Positions 7,939 through 15,591 of a DNA stretch of 18,749 bases are shown here, one piece after another (the first letter of the stretch is position 1; each line of letters begins with the position of its first letter). Position numbers and translations under genes: made by a program. The stretch lies in contig DXJF01000066.1 of NCBI GenBank assembly GCA_019057375.1, forward strand, positions 1 to 18,749. Direction: 5' to 3'. The DNA is from Candidatus Heimdallarchaeota archaeon. Lineage in GTDB: Archaea > Asgardarchaeota > Heimdallarchaeia > Heimdallarchaeales > Heimdallarchaeaceae. The notes under the pieces were generated by a model that was not told where the DNA came from, searched no databases, and saw nothing but the letters and a program-made list of their open reading frames with translations.

Positions 7939-7947
7939 ATATAAAAG
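7939..7947. promoter_or_regulatory. Shared TATA element of a compact bidirectional promoter (Nop2-like gene / egsA)
   Basis: Plus strand TATAAAAG (7940-7947) lies about 25 nt before the egsA ATG at 7973. Minus strand TTTTATAT (7946-7939) lies about 30 nt before the TTG at 7909. Confidence 0.45.
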
Positions 7948-7972
7948 TAACCTATTAGAATAACTTCTTAGA

Positions 7973-9043
7973 ATGTCTAATATTACTAATGAATTTAAAT
8001 TCATAGAATTACCAACTCTTTTGTGCTTAGGCGCTGATATGCTAAACAGCCTGCCAGAAATCATTGATCGTCTATCATTAGGTAGCAAAGCTTTACTGAT
8101 TACAGATGATTTTCTGAGATTACGAATAGGAAAAGAAGTAGAGGATATTCTATCCGACAGTGAAAACCACAGTGTATATACAAGTACTATTCAGGATAGT
8201 ACATTAGATGAAGTAGATAAGCAGTTAAGTATACACGAAGAAATTCAACCCGATTTTGTCATTGGCCTAGGGGGAGGAAAACCAATTGATATCGCTAAAT
8301 CTGTAGCTTTCAAATCCAATCAAAGATTCATTTCAATACCAACAATTGCAAGTCATGATGGTGTAGCTAGTTCAAGAGCTTCAATTATAGGTTCAGATAA
8401 GAGACACTCTATTCAAGCTTTACCCCCAATTGCAGTAATTGCAGATACACTAATTCTTGATAAATCTCCATATAGATTTACTGCAGCAGGTTGTGGTGAT
8501 ATCATTGCGAAGAAAACAGCGATTAAAGATTGGTTGCTTTCACACAGACTGAAAAATGAACTGATTAGTGAATATTCAATCGCACTTTCAGATATGACTG
8601 TAAAATTGATTACTAAGAATGCAGATCTTATTAAAAGTCAGGCTGAGGGTTATAGTAGGATTGTTGTAAAAGCTCTAATTAGTAGTTCCTTGGCAATGTG
8701 TGTTGCTGGATCATCTAGACCAGGAAGTGGATCTGAGCATATGTTTAGTCATGCATTAGATTCATTTGCTGAAAAACCAGCTTTACATGGGGAGCAATGT
8801 GCTCTTGGTACAATAATGATGGCATATTTACACGATCTAGATTGGGAAAATATTCGATCAATCATGCAAAATCTAGGTTTACCAACTAGGGCAAAAGATT
8901 TGGGTTTAAAGGATGAGGAAATTCTCCAAGCTCTAAAAATAGCTCATACAATACGCCCTCAGAGATTTACTATTCTAGGAAAGGATGGATTAACTCATGA
9001 AGCGGCTGTTAATACTGCTAGTATTACAGAAGTGATTATTTAA
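7973..9043 (+). CDS. egsA: NAD(P)-dependent sn-glycerol-1-phosphate dehydrogenase
   Basis: GLGGGKPIDIAK, PTIASHDGVASSRASI, GCGDIIAK, SSRPGSGSEHMFSHALD, LHGEQCALG and terminal RFTILG, with the metal-ligand D/H/H residues intact. Confidence 0.97.
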   Translation: MSNITNEFKFIELPTLLCLGADMLNSLPEIIDRLSLGSKALLITDDFLRLRIGKEVEDILSDSENHSVYTSTIQDSTLDEVDKQLSIHEEIQPDFVIGLGGGKPIDIAKSVAFKSNQRFISIPTIASHDGVASSRASIIGSDKRHSIQALPPIAVIADTLILDKSPYRFTAAGCGDIIAKKTAIKDWLLSHRLKNELISEYSIALSDMTVKLITKNADLIKSQAEGYSRIVVKALISSSLAMCVAGSSRPGSGSEHMFSHALDSFAEKPALHGEQCALGTIMMAYLHDLDWENIRSIMQNLGLPTRAKDLGLKDEEILQALKIAHTIRPQRFTILGKDGLTHEAAVNTASITEVII

Positions 9044-9091
9044 CATACATTTGAGAATATTAAAGAAGATAATTTCTTAATCAACTTAGAT

Positions 9092-9532
9092 ATGTTGATT
9101 TCATTTATACCAAAGGATGTAGCAAAAATAGGCTATTGCTTTATTCATCAAGGTGAAACACAAACTTGTAAAAACTGTCAATTCATACAAGTTTGCATTG
9201 AACAGCTTGAAATAGGTTCTTCTTATGAGGTTGTAGATATTAGAGATAAAGAACATCCATGTCTGATTGATAATGGGATTATGATTGTCTGTGAGGTACA
9301 AAAGATAAGTGACTTAATAGCAGTTGAAAAACAAAAATATTTGGATAACCTAATAACAACTCGAAAACCCATTAATTGTTCTGAGGTATTGTGTGAAAAT
9401 TATGATTTTTGTGTTCCGATAAAATATACAGAATCTTCAAAAATTAAAATTATTAAGAGTATGAAAGATATCAATTGCTCACTCGGGTATAATCTAGTTT
9501 TGGTTGAAGCAAATAAAGTAAAAAATAAATGA
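9092..9532 (+). CDS. UPF0179 family protein (archaeal, Cys-rich)
   Basis: ISFIPKDVAKIGYCFIHQG...CKNCQFIQVC..LEIGSSYEVVDIR...HPC..CEV matches the UPF0179 pattern, followed by a second C-x4-C-x4-C cluster. Confidence 0.85.
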   Translation: MLISFIPKDVAKIGYCFIHQGETQTCKNCQFIQVCIEQLEIGSSYEVVDIRDKEHPCLIDNGIMIVCEVQKISDLIAVEKQKYLDNLITTRKPINCSEVLCENYDFCVPIKYTESSKIKIIKSMKDINCSLGYNLVLVEANKVKNK

Positions 9533-9542
9533 ATGAATAATC

Positions 9543-10238
9543 TTATTTCTTTTCAATGTCATAATATTCTATAAAAGAGACCTTATCATACTTATTTGAT
9601 ATTTCTCCTAAATCTCTTGTAACACCATTTCGAATAAACTGTATATACTCCATGAATCTAGTATCTTTTGGTAATTCTACTTCAATGACCTTTCCTTTAA
9701 TCTCTATTTTTGTCGAAGTAAAATCAACTCCCGGTAATCTTTTTTCGAGTAAGCATATGAACTGTTCCTTAACCTCTGTAACTTTCTTTACAATTTCAAT
9801 TTCATAAACTAAATCCATTCCTGCTAAATCGTGATTAAAATCTACCTTTACTCTACTACTTGAAACCTTCAAGATACGCCCAATTTGACCGCCAATCTCT
9901 GCTTTCATATCTTCCTTTGGTTTGATTTGATGTCTTTGAAACTCTCTTCTTTGTATTAACCTAATCTGAGAACGATCTCTTAATCCAAATCCTTTTTTTG
10001 CTTCAATTTCAATTATTTTCTTCTGCCCCTCTTTCATCCCCACTAATTCCTCTTCAAGACCAACGGGTAACCAATTTTTTCCAATTATAAGGGTAAAAGG
10101 TCGGTAAACCGCTTTCTCATCAAAAACATTTTCTTTTTTTGCTATGTTTTCAAATGTAGTATCAAATACTTTCTTGTCTTCTTGTGTTCTCCCAGTATAA
10201 TTTATGTTTACCATATCACCTTTTTCAAGAGTTGCCAT
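9543..10238 (-). CDS. slyD: FKBP-type peptidyl-prolyl cis-trans isomerase (archaeal long type, SlyD-like)
   Basis: GDMVNINYTGR...VFDTT, GLEEELVGM, KKGFGLRD, insert-in-flap region, VKVDFNHDLAGMDLVYEIEI and an archaeal C-terminal extension. GGTGA SD at 10247-10243. Confidence 0.95.
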   Translation of the reverse strand: MATLEKGDMVNINYTGRTQEDKKVFDTTFENIAKKENVFDEKAVYRPFTLIIGKNWLPVGLEEELVGMKEGQKKIIEIEAKKGFGLRDRSQIRLIQRREFQRHQIKPKEDMKAEIGGQIGRILKVSSSRVKVDFNHDLAGMDLVYEIEIVKKVTEVKEQFICLLEKRLPGVDFTSTKIEIKGKVIEVELPKDTRFMEYIQFIRNGVTRDLGEISNKYDKVSFIEYYDIEKK

Positions 10239-10323
10239 TAGTTCACCACTACAGTATTATCCAAGTAGAATCTATGCATTTAGCTATATTTAAAATTCTG
10301 CTTTGAAACCTAATATTTTTTGA

Positions 10324-10986
10324 CTATACATTATACATAAAGGTATTGAAGTGAATGTTACTTGACTCTTCTCCTACTTTTTTAATAAATTCATTTAGAA
10401 TGTTACATTTGTCTTCTGCTATATTCTTAGTTATCGGGAAGTGCATCATTGAGGGGAGTTTAAAGAGCTTTTCATCAAAATGAATTAAAGATTCCTTCAT
10501 TTTAAGACCCCTCTCACAGCTGAAGCTGATGGTTCTGTAAAGACCAATTGCTCCTAATGCGTCAAGTGCATCAGCATCTCGTAGTATTTTTGCCTCCCGT
10601 GTCTTTGGAGCTATGTTTTTACTGAATCTGTGAGAAAGAATAGCTTCAGTTACATCTTGCTTTAGCTCTGTGAGGTTCAATTTATCTAGAAATTCTGCAG
10701 CTTTTTCAGCACTTACTTCTGCGTGACACCTTCCATTTATTTCCTCAATGGGCCTTCCCACATCATGAAAAATAGACGCAATAAGCAATACATCCAAATG
10801 TGCATCAAGTTTTGGTGCTAGTTCTAAACATGTATTTGTTACTCGGATTATGTGATCAAATGAATGCGACATTTTATTCTCATAAAGCTGAAATTGATTT
10901 TTAACATATTCATGTGCTTTTTGAAGTACTTCCTTCAATTCTGCTTGACTGGATAAAAACTTAAGTTTACAATTTTTTTGCTTCAT
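10324..10986 (-). CDS. HD-superfamily metal-dependent phosphohydrolase (YedJ/COG1418-like)
   Basis: HSFDHIIRV, ASIFHDVGR, HAEVSA, HRFS and DADALDALGAIG motifs. The start is the ATG at 10986 or 11001. Confidence 0.9.
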   Translation of the reverse strand: MKQKNCKLKFLSSQAELKEVLQKAHEYVKNQFQLYENKMSHSFDHIIRVTNTCLELAPKLDAHLDVLLIASIFHDVGRPIEEINGRCHAEVSAEKAAEFLDKLNLTELKQDVTEAILSHRFSKNIAPKTREAKILRDADALDALGAIGLYRTISFSCERGLKMKESLIHFDEKLFKLPSMMHFPITKNIAEDKCNILNEFIKKVGEESSNIHFNTFMYNV

Positions 10987-10990
10987 TTTT

Positions 10991-11638
10991 CTACATCTCA
11001 TATAAATTGAATATTTTTCCTTCTATTTTGAAATCTGGTTCAACTTCTATAATTGCAAAATTACCTGTTGTGACAGGGCCTGGATTAACCACCGTGCAAT
11101 TATTTAGTTTAGTTATAGTTGGTGAATTATGAATGTGTCCTGATACAACTAAAAATATGTGAGAATTTTTTTCAACAAATTTTCTCAATTCAATCGAACC
11201 AGTATGTCTATTCAACGATACCATATCAGCTTGTGTATTGTAGGGTGGCGCATGTGTAAGAAGACAAACTCTGTCTTTTGATTTTTTCAACTTATTTAAT
11301 AGTTTTTGTTTTAATTTTGGTTTATGCGTTCCAAAGCCAATAATCTTAAAGAATTCAATTTCTTGTATTTTTGAATCTACATTAATTGCTTCTGTTTCAA
11401 GTTCTTCGTTTCTAGCATAAGGATCACAATTTCCAATTACAAAAAACACTTTTTTGAAGTAATCAGTAACTGTGTTTAAGATCTGATTCATATCTACAAT
11501 GGTACCAAAATTAGTTATATCTCCTGCAATTAAACAATGTGTTGGTGGTTTTTTGAGATTTTTCACTGATTGGAGAATATTGAGTAAAGTGATATTTTGG
11601 CTATGGATATCAGACAAAATTAACATTTTAACCTTCAA
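10991..11638 (-). CDS. Calcineurin-like metallophosphoesterase (Icc-like)
   Basis: All five motifs are present: LSDIH, AGDIT, GNCD, THAPP, SGHIH. The TTG start is supported by GGTGA at 11647-11643, which overlaps the upstream stop. Confidence 0.93.
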   Translation of the reverse strand: MKVKMLILSDIHSQNITLLNILQSVKNLKKPPTHCLIAGDITNFGTIVDMNQILNTVTDYFKKVFFVIGNCDPYARNEELETEAINVDSKIQEIEFFKIIGFGTHKPKLKQKLLNKLKKSKDRVCLLTHAPPYNTQADMVSLNRHTGSIELRKFVEKNSHIFLVVSGHIHNSPTITKLNNCTVVNPGPVTTGNFAIIEVEPDFKIEGKIFNLYEM

Positions 11639-11646
11639 GACATCAC

Positions 11647-12273
11647 CTAATAATCTAATTCAAGAAAAACAAATACTCCTGTATATTGAAAATTCTCTTT
11701 TTCTGTATTGAATTCCCAAAGCTCAAATACAATCTTGAGGAAATTAGGACTAGTGATTTTACTTACAACTTCAGCATTTACATATAATACAAGTTCAGTT
11801 GGTCCCCAAATGTAATCTCCAGCAAGGAATCCAGTTTCTCTTTTTTCCGCGTTTGTAGCAGGTGATAAAATTTTTTCAAATGTATCGTTTGCATAGAGAG
11901 TAAAGGATGATGTAGCAGAAATTGGTTGCTGTGAACTAACGTTTTGTGTAAGTTCTACTACTTTTATTTGCAATTGATAATATTTTACACTATTCTCGAA
12001 ATTTTTAACCATAAAATAGACTGAAGCATTTTCATAAGAGTAGATTCGTGTCGGATAGTTGTTCGCTTCAAAATTTTCAGTCAAATCATTATACATTAGA
12101 AGAGATAACTCTGAGAATCCATCTGGTTTTTTTTGGAAAAATACATTTGATGAAATACCAATTACAGATGCAATAACTACAAGAATAATTGACATTGTTA
12201 TTATCCTATTTACTTGGGATTGGGTGAGTTTCGAATTGACCTTCTTAATCAAGCTCTTCTTTTCTTTTGTCAT
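11647..12273 (-). CDS. DUF1616-like protein, C-terminal half (one TM helix plus extracytoplasmic domain)
   Basis: TM segment IITMSIILVVIASVIGIS, then KPDGFSELSLL...NYPT...VYFMVKNFE...YQLQI, resembling the DUF1616 C-terminal FTEFYIL...YP...V.NHE pattern. Sequons NAS, NVS and NDT. GGTGA SD at 12284-12280. Confidence 0.7.
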   Translation of the reverse strand: MTKEKKSLIKKVNSKLTQSQVNRIITMSIILVVIASVIGISSNVFFQKKPDGFSELSLLMYNDLTENFEANNYPTRIYSYENASVYFMVKNFENSVKYYQLQIKVVELTQNVSSQQPISATSSFTLYANDTFEKILSPATNAEKRETGFLAGDYIWGPTELVLYVNAEVVSKITSPNFLKIVFELWEFNTEKENFQYTGVFVFLELDY

Positions 12274-12794
12274 TTCACATCACCTCTGGAATTATCATAC
12301 TTAATCTCGAGCTTACTGTATTCCTCAATTTTCTTGTTCTCGTACCAAGGATATATTTTACTAATGAAGAGAAAACTAAACACTATTGCCCCTAAACCCG
12401 CCAACACACCCACAAGCGTAAGAACAACTATCTTGTTCTGTGTCTTACTTTGAATTTTAGAATCAATTTCTCCAATAATAGAATCAAGTTGTAGAATTGC
12501 CCCGGTTGCCTTTTGATAAGAAATTGTGAAGTTGCTGCTTGCATAGTTGTCCTTAGCTTCTTTGATCAATTGTCGCGCAACATCAGTTTGCAATGTCAAG
12601 TTACGAATATCTTCATCATAATTGGGGATTTCTTCAAGTAGTTTTAATACATAAGTAAGTTTTTCATCCGCTTCTTGAATGGCTGCAGATGCTTCTTGTT
12701 CAGCTTGGCTTTGAGCAATTGGTATTTGATTGTACAACATTGTAGTGGTACCGAATATCCATAGAATCAAAATGAATTTCTGATACCTCTTCAT
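12270..12794 (-). CDS. Hypothetical membrane-anchored protein: signal peptide, helical ectodomain, C-terminal TM helix
   Basis: MKRYQKFILILWIFG...AQSQA signal-like N-terminus, amphipathic helical core with sequons NLT and NFT, TM segment IVVLTLVGVLAGLGAIVFSFLFI, short charged tail. GGTGA SD at 12805-12801 and ATGA overlaps at both ends. Confidence 0.8.
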   Translation of the reverse strand: MKRYQKFILILWIFGTTTMLYNQIPIAQSQAEQEASAAIQEADEKLTYVLKLLEEIPNYDEDIRNLTLQTDVARQLIKEAKDNYASSNFTISYQKATGAILQLDSIIGEIDSKIQSKTQNKIVVLTLVGVLAGLGAIVFSFLFISKIYPWYENKKIEEYSKLEIKYDNSRGDVK

Positions 12795-13453
12795 TTTGTA
12801 TCACCCTTTCTGAAAATGTTGAATCTAGACAATGAAATATTGAAATCTAATTTTCCCGCGCCTATTAGAATGCGTAATAGAACAGTTAAGAATAAAATAA
12901 AGACTGTAAGAGATCCAATTATTATGACAAACGAAGGTGTTTCCATAACCCATATCTGATTTAATATTAACCCTGAAAAAATCATTATTCCGATATTAAT
13001 TCCTAAAGAAATCAAAATCCGCTCATATTGATCAATTGCTTCATATAATCTTGGAAAGATAAGATTCGCTATTGTCCAACCTGGTATCAAGACTCCAAAT
13101 ATTCCTCCTACTATAACTCTTAAAAATAACAAAGGCGAGGTTTCTGGAATTAGAAGTACTGTAATGAAGAAAAGAGTGCAAAGACCTAAAATAAGCCAAA
13201 ATTCGACAGAAAAATAATGTAACCTAAACAAAAAATCTGGGATAGTTTTTGGTAATTTTCTAGTAATTTTAGGTGAACCTAGGTGAATAGCGTTTTTTCT
13301 TTCCAAATCTTTAATTGTTTGATAGACTTGTTTTTCATTTGCTTCTGTAAGCTCTAGTGTCCTTTGAATAAGCTTTCTTACTGTTTTGGGTTTTTCTTCA
13401 ATAAGAATTGTTTGTATTGTTTTTTCGACACTGAAACTTTTGCTGTTATTCAT
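12791..13453 (-). CDS. DUF1616-like protein, N-terminal half (about 4 TM helices) with a soluble wHTH-like N-terminus
   Basis: LRVIVGGIFGVLIPGWTIANLIFP...IDQYERILISLGINIGIMIFSGLILN matches the DUF1616 membrane pattern (LF-x-PGY...LFP...ERI-x-LS-x-G...GL-x-LN). ATG at 13453, or TTG at 13468/13465. Confidence 0.78.
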   Translation of the reverse strand: MNNSKSFSVEKTIQTILIEEKPKTVRKLIQRTLELTEANEKQVYQTIKDLERKNAIHLGSPKITRKLPKTIPDFLFRLHYFSVEFWLILGLCTLFFITVLLIPETSPLLFLRVIVGGIFGVLIPGWTIANLIFPRLYEAIDQYERILISLGINIGIMIFSGLILNQIWVMETPSFVIIIGSLTVFILFLTVLLRILIGAGKLDFNISLSRFNIFRKGDTK

Positions 13454-13477
13454 GCTTTCGAACAACAAAAGTAAAAG

Positions 13478-13511
13478 AATAAAAAAAGTTTTTGAATCGA
13501 AAAAGAAAAAA
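13478..13511 (-). terminator. Oligo(U) putative terminator after metK
   Basis: The minus strand after the metK stop reads CCCATTTTTTCTTTTTCGATTCAAAAACTTTTTTTATT. Confidence 0.5.
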
Positions 13512-13521
13512 TGGGTGTTTA

Positions 13522-14688
13522 TTAAAGGTTTACTTCTCTTTTCAACTCATTAATCTTGTCTGTTTTTTCCCAAGTAAATTCTGGTAAGTTTCTACCAAAA
13601 TGACCATAACAAGAAGTTTTCTTATAAATTGGTCTTTTCAGTTTAAGATGGTTTATTATTAAGCCAGGCTTGAAATCAAATACTTTTAGAACTACTTCTT
13701 TTAATTTCTTTATATCCACTTTCTCAGTTCCAAAACATTCCACATTAACAGCTAAGGGATTTGGTTCTCCAATAGCATAGGATATTTGTATTTCACATTT
13801 ATCTGCTAATTCAGATGCAACAACATTTTTTGCTGCATATCTTGCTACATAGGAAGCTGAACGATCTACTTTGGAAGGATCTTTTCCTGAAAACGCTCCT
13901 CCTCCATGAGAATCTACCCCTCCATATGTGTCTACAATTATTTTTCTACCAGTTAATCCCGCATCACCATGAGGTCCACCAGTTACAAAACGACCAGTTC
14001 TGTTGATGAATATCTTAGTTCTATCATCTACTAATTCTTTTGATACAACCTTTTCTATCACTTCTTTTTGAATACCTGCTTTGATTTCTTCATTAGTGAT
14101 TTCTTCAATATGCTGTGCTGCAATAACAATAGCTTCTATTCTAAAAGGAATATCATTCTTATACTCTACAGCAACCAAAGATTTTCCATCAGGTCTTAAA
14201 AAGGGTAAAATCCCCCTTTTCCTAACTTCAGTTAATCTTTGTGTTAGCTTGTGAGCTAGAACTATGGGTAAAGGCATGTATTCAGGCGTTTCATTTGTAG
14301 CATATCCATACATGATGCCCTGATCTCCTGCCCCCTGTTCTTCTTTTTCTCCCTTCCTTACTCCTTTAGCTATGTCGGGTGATTGTGAGTGTATGGTGTT
14401 AATAATGGCACACCCTCTATAATCAAAACCAATACTAGAATCATCATAACCAATTTCCTTGATTGTACTTCTGACAATCTCTTCATAGTTTATGATTACA
14501 GGTTTTGTAGTGGTTATTTCCCCACCAATTAGAACTAATCCAGTTGTTACAAAACATTCACATGCAACATGAGCATCTGGATCTTCAGCCAGAATGGCGT
14601 CTAAGATGGTGTCTGAAATTTGATCACATATTTTATCGGGATGACCTTCTGTTACTGATTCTGAGGCAATAATCTTATAGGAATCCAA
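13522..14688 (-). CDS. metK: S-adenosylmethionine synthetase, bacterial/eukaryotic type
   Basis: [66 protein letters not shown] and YGHFGR...FTWEKTD. The TTG at 14688 follows GGAGA; the ORF is open to 14709. Confidence 0.98.
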   Translation of the reverse strand: MDSYKIIASESVTEGHPDKICDQISDTILDAILAEDPDAHVACECFVTTGLVLIGGEITTTKPVIINYEEIVRSTIKEIGYDDSSIGFDYRGCAIINTIHSQSPDIAKGVRKGEKEEQGAGDQGIMYGYATNETPEYMPLPIVLAHKLTQRLTEVRKRGILPFLRPDGKSLVAVEYKNDIPFRIEAIVIAAQHIEEITNEEIKAGIQKEVIEKVVSKELVDDRTKIFINRTGRFVTGGPHGDAGLTGRKIIVDTYGGVDSHGGGAFSGKDPSKVDRSASYVARYAAKNVVASELADKCEIQISYAIGEPNPLAVNVECFGTEKVDIKKLKEVVLKVFDFKPGLIINHLKLKRPIYKKTSCYGHFGRNLPEFTWEKTDKINELKREVNL

Positions 14689-14733
14689 TTTTTCATCTCT
14701 CCAAAACAACTTATTGAATGGAACTTACTTTTG

Positions 14734-14741
14734 ATTTAAAA
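14734..14741 (-). promoter_or_regulatory. Putative TATA box of metK
   Basis: Minus strand TTTTAAAT lies about 46 nt upstream of the TTG at 14688, consistent with a short SD-containing leader. Confidence 0.4.
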
Positions 14742-14771
14742 TGCTTACTATAAGAAAGTAATGTTATTTTG

Positions 14772-14780
14772 AAAAAAAAA
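14772..14780 (-). terminator. T9 putative terminator after the hypothetical gene
   Basis: A run of nine A on the plus strand (T9 on the minus strand) about 24 nt after the stop at 14804. Confidence 0.5.
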
Positions 14781-14803
14781 TCATAAAGAATTGATCAATG
14801 TTT

Positions 14804-15457
14804 TTACTCAATTCCCGAACTAATTTGTATTTCATTTAACATATTCAATATTTCTTCCTTGCTTGGAATATCTTCAGGATTATTGCTTTTAGAAGCGAAA
14901 ATTAATTTTGTAGATAATTGTTCGATTTCACGAAGTAGCATTGGGTTATGACCTTTTTCCAATAGAGCATCTCTAATTTCTATTAACTGATTAGAAATCT
15001 TGAGAAGTTCTTGAGAAATATCTGTACTCTCGTTTATGAGATGCCTAATTAAACCAAATCCGTCATTTACTGTAGATATCTGAGGATGTAAAGTTGAATT
15101 TAGATGTTGAGCAATCTGCTGAATGATTTGATTCTCTAAATCTTCTTTTCTTGTTTCAGCTTCCTTGTATTTTTTCCCAAAAACGACGTTAGAAAGGTGT
15201 TTTAGCGTATTTTCAAAAACATCTTGTGATTGTAATTCAGGAATTAAATGTATGAGTTGTGTTTTGACTAAAACCCGTCTCTCATTCTTTAGTAAATAAT
15301 TATATTCTTCCTTTGTTAGTTTTCCATCAGCTACGAGTTTTTTGATATCATCTCTAAATGTTTGTCTATTTCCCCTACCAGTCCAATAGGACATCTCTAT
15401 GTGTTCTCGTAACTTAAGTACAATTTCATCCAGTGTAGATGTTCTGGTTGCATCCAT
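14804..15457 (-). CDS. Hypothetical all-alpha protein with an internal SHOCT-like motif
   Basis: 217-aa ORF filling an otherwise unexplained gap and followed by a T9 tract. Contains DDIKKLVADGKLTKEEYNYLLK. No family recognised. Confidence 0.75.
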   Translation of the reverse strand: MDATRTSTLDEIVLKLREHIEMSYWTGRGNRQTFRDDIKKLVADGKLTKEEYNYLLKNERRVLVKTQLIHLIPELQSQDVFENTLKHLSNVVFGKKYKEAETRKEDLENQIIQQIAQHLNSTLHPQISTVNDGFGLIRHLINESTDISQELLKISNQLIEIRDALLEKGHNPMLLREIEQLSTKLIFASKSNNPEDIPSKEEILNMLNEIQISSGIE

Positions 15458-15591
15458 GTTTTATATACTTGTTTTATATGTTAATAAGAATTTCTTAAGC
15501 TGAAAAGTCAAATCTCTGCTCCGAATGATAATATTTAATGTTTATGAGTAGTGCACAACAAATATCAATAACTTATTTACTCGTTCATAGG

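Noticed and set aside
7906-8088. 60-aa minus-strand ORF spanning the egsA/Nop2-like promoter
   Set aside because: It overlaps egsA antisense and the promoter, and has no SD or motif.
9101-14006. ORFs 9101..9301, 11499..11711, 12059..12304, 12214..12453 and 13815..14006
   Set aside because: All are antisense to better-supported genes and lack independent signals.
14790-14799. Perfect 10-bp palindrome ATTGATCAAT just after a stop codon
   Set aside because: It is short, AT-rich, has no loop and is expected by chance.
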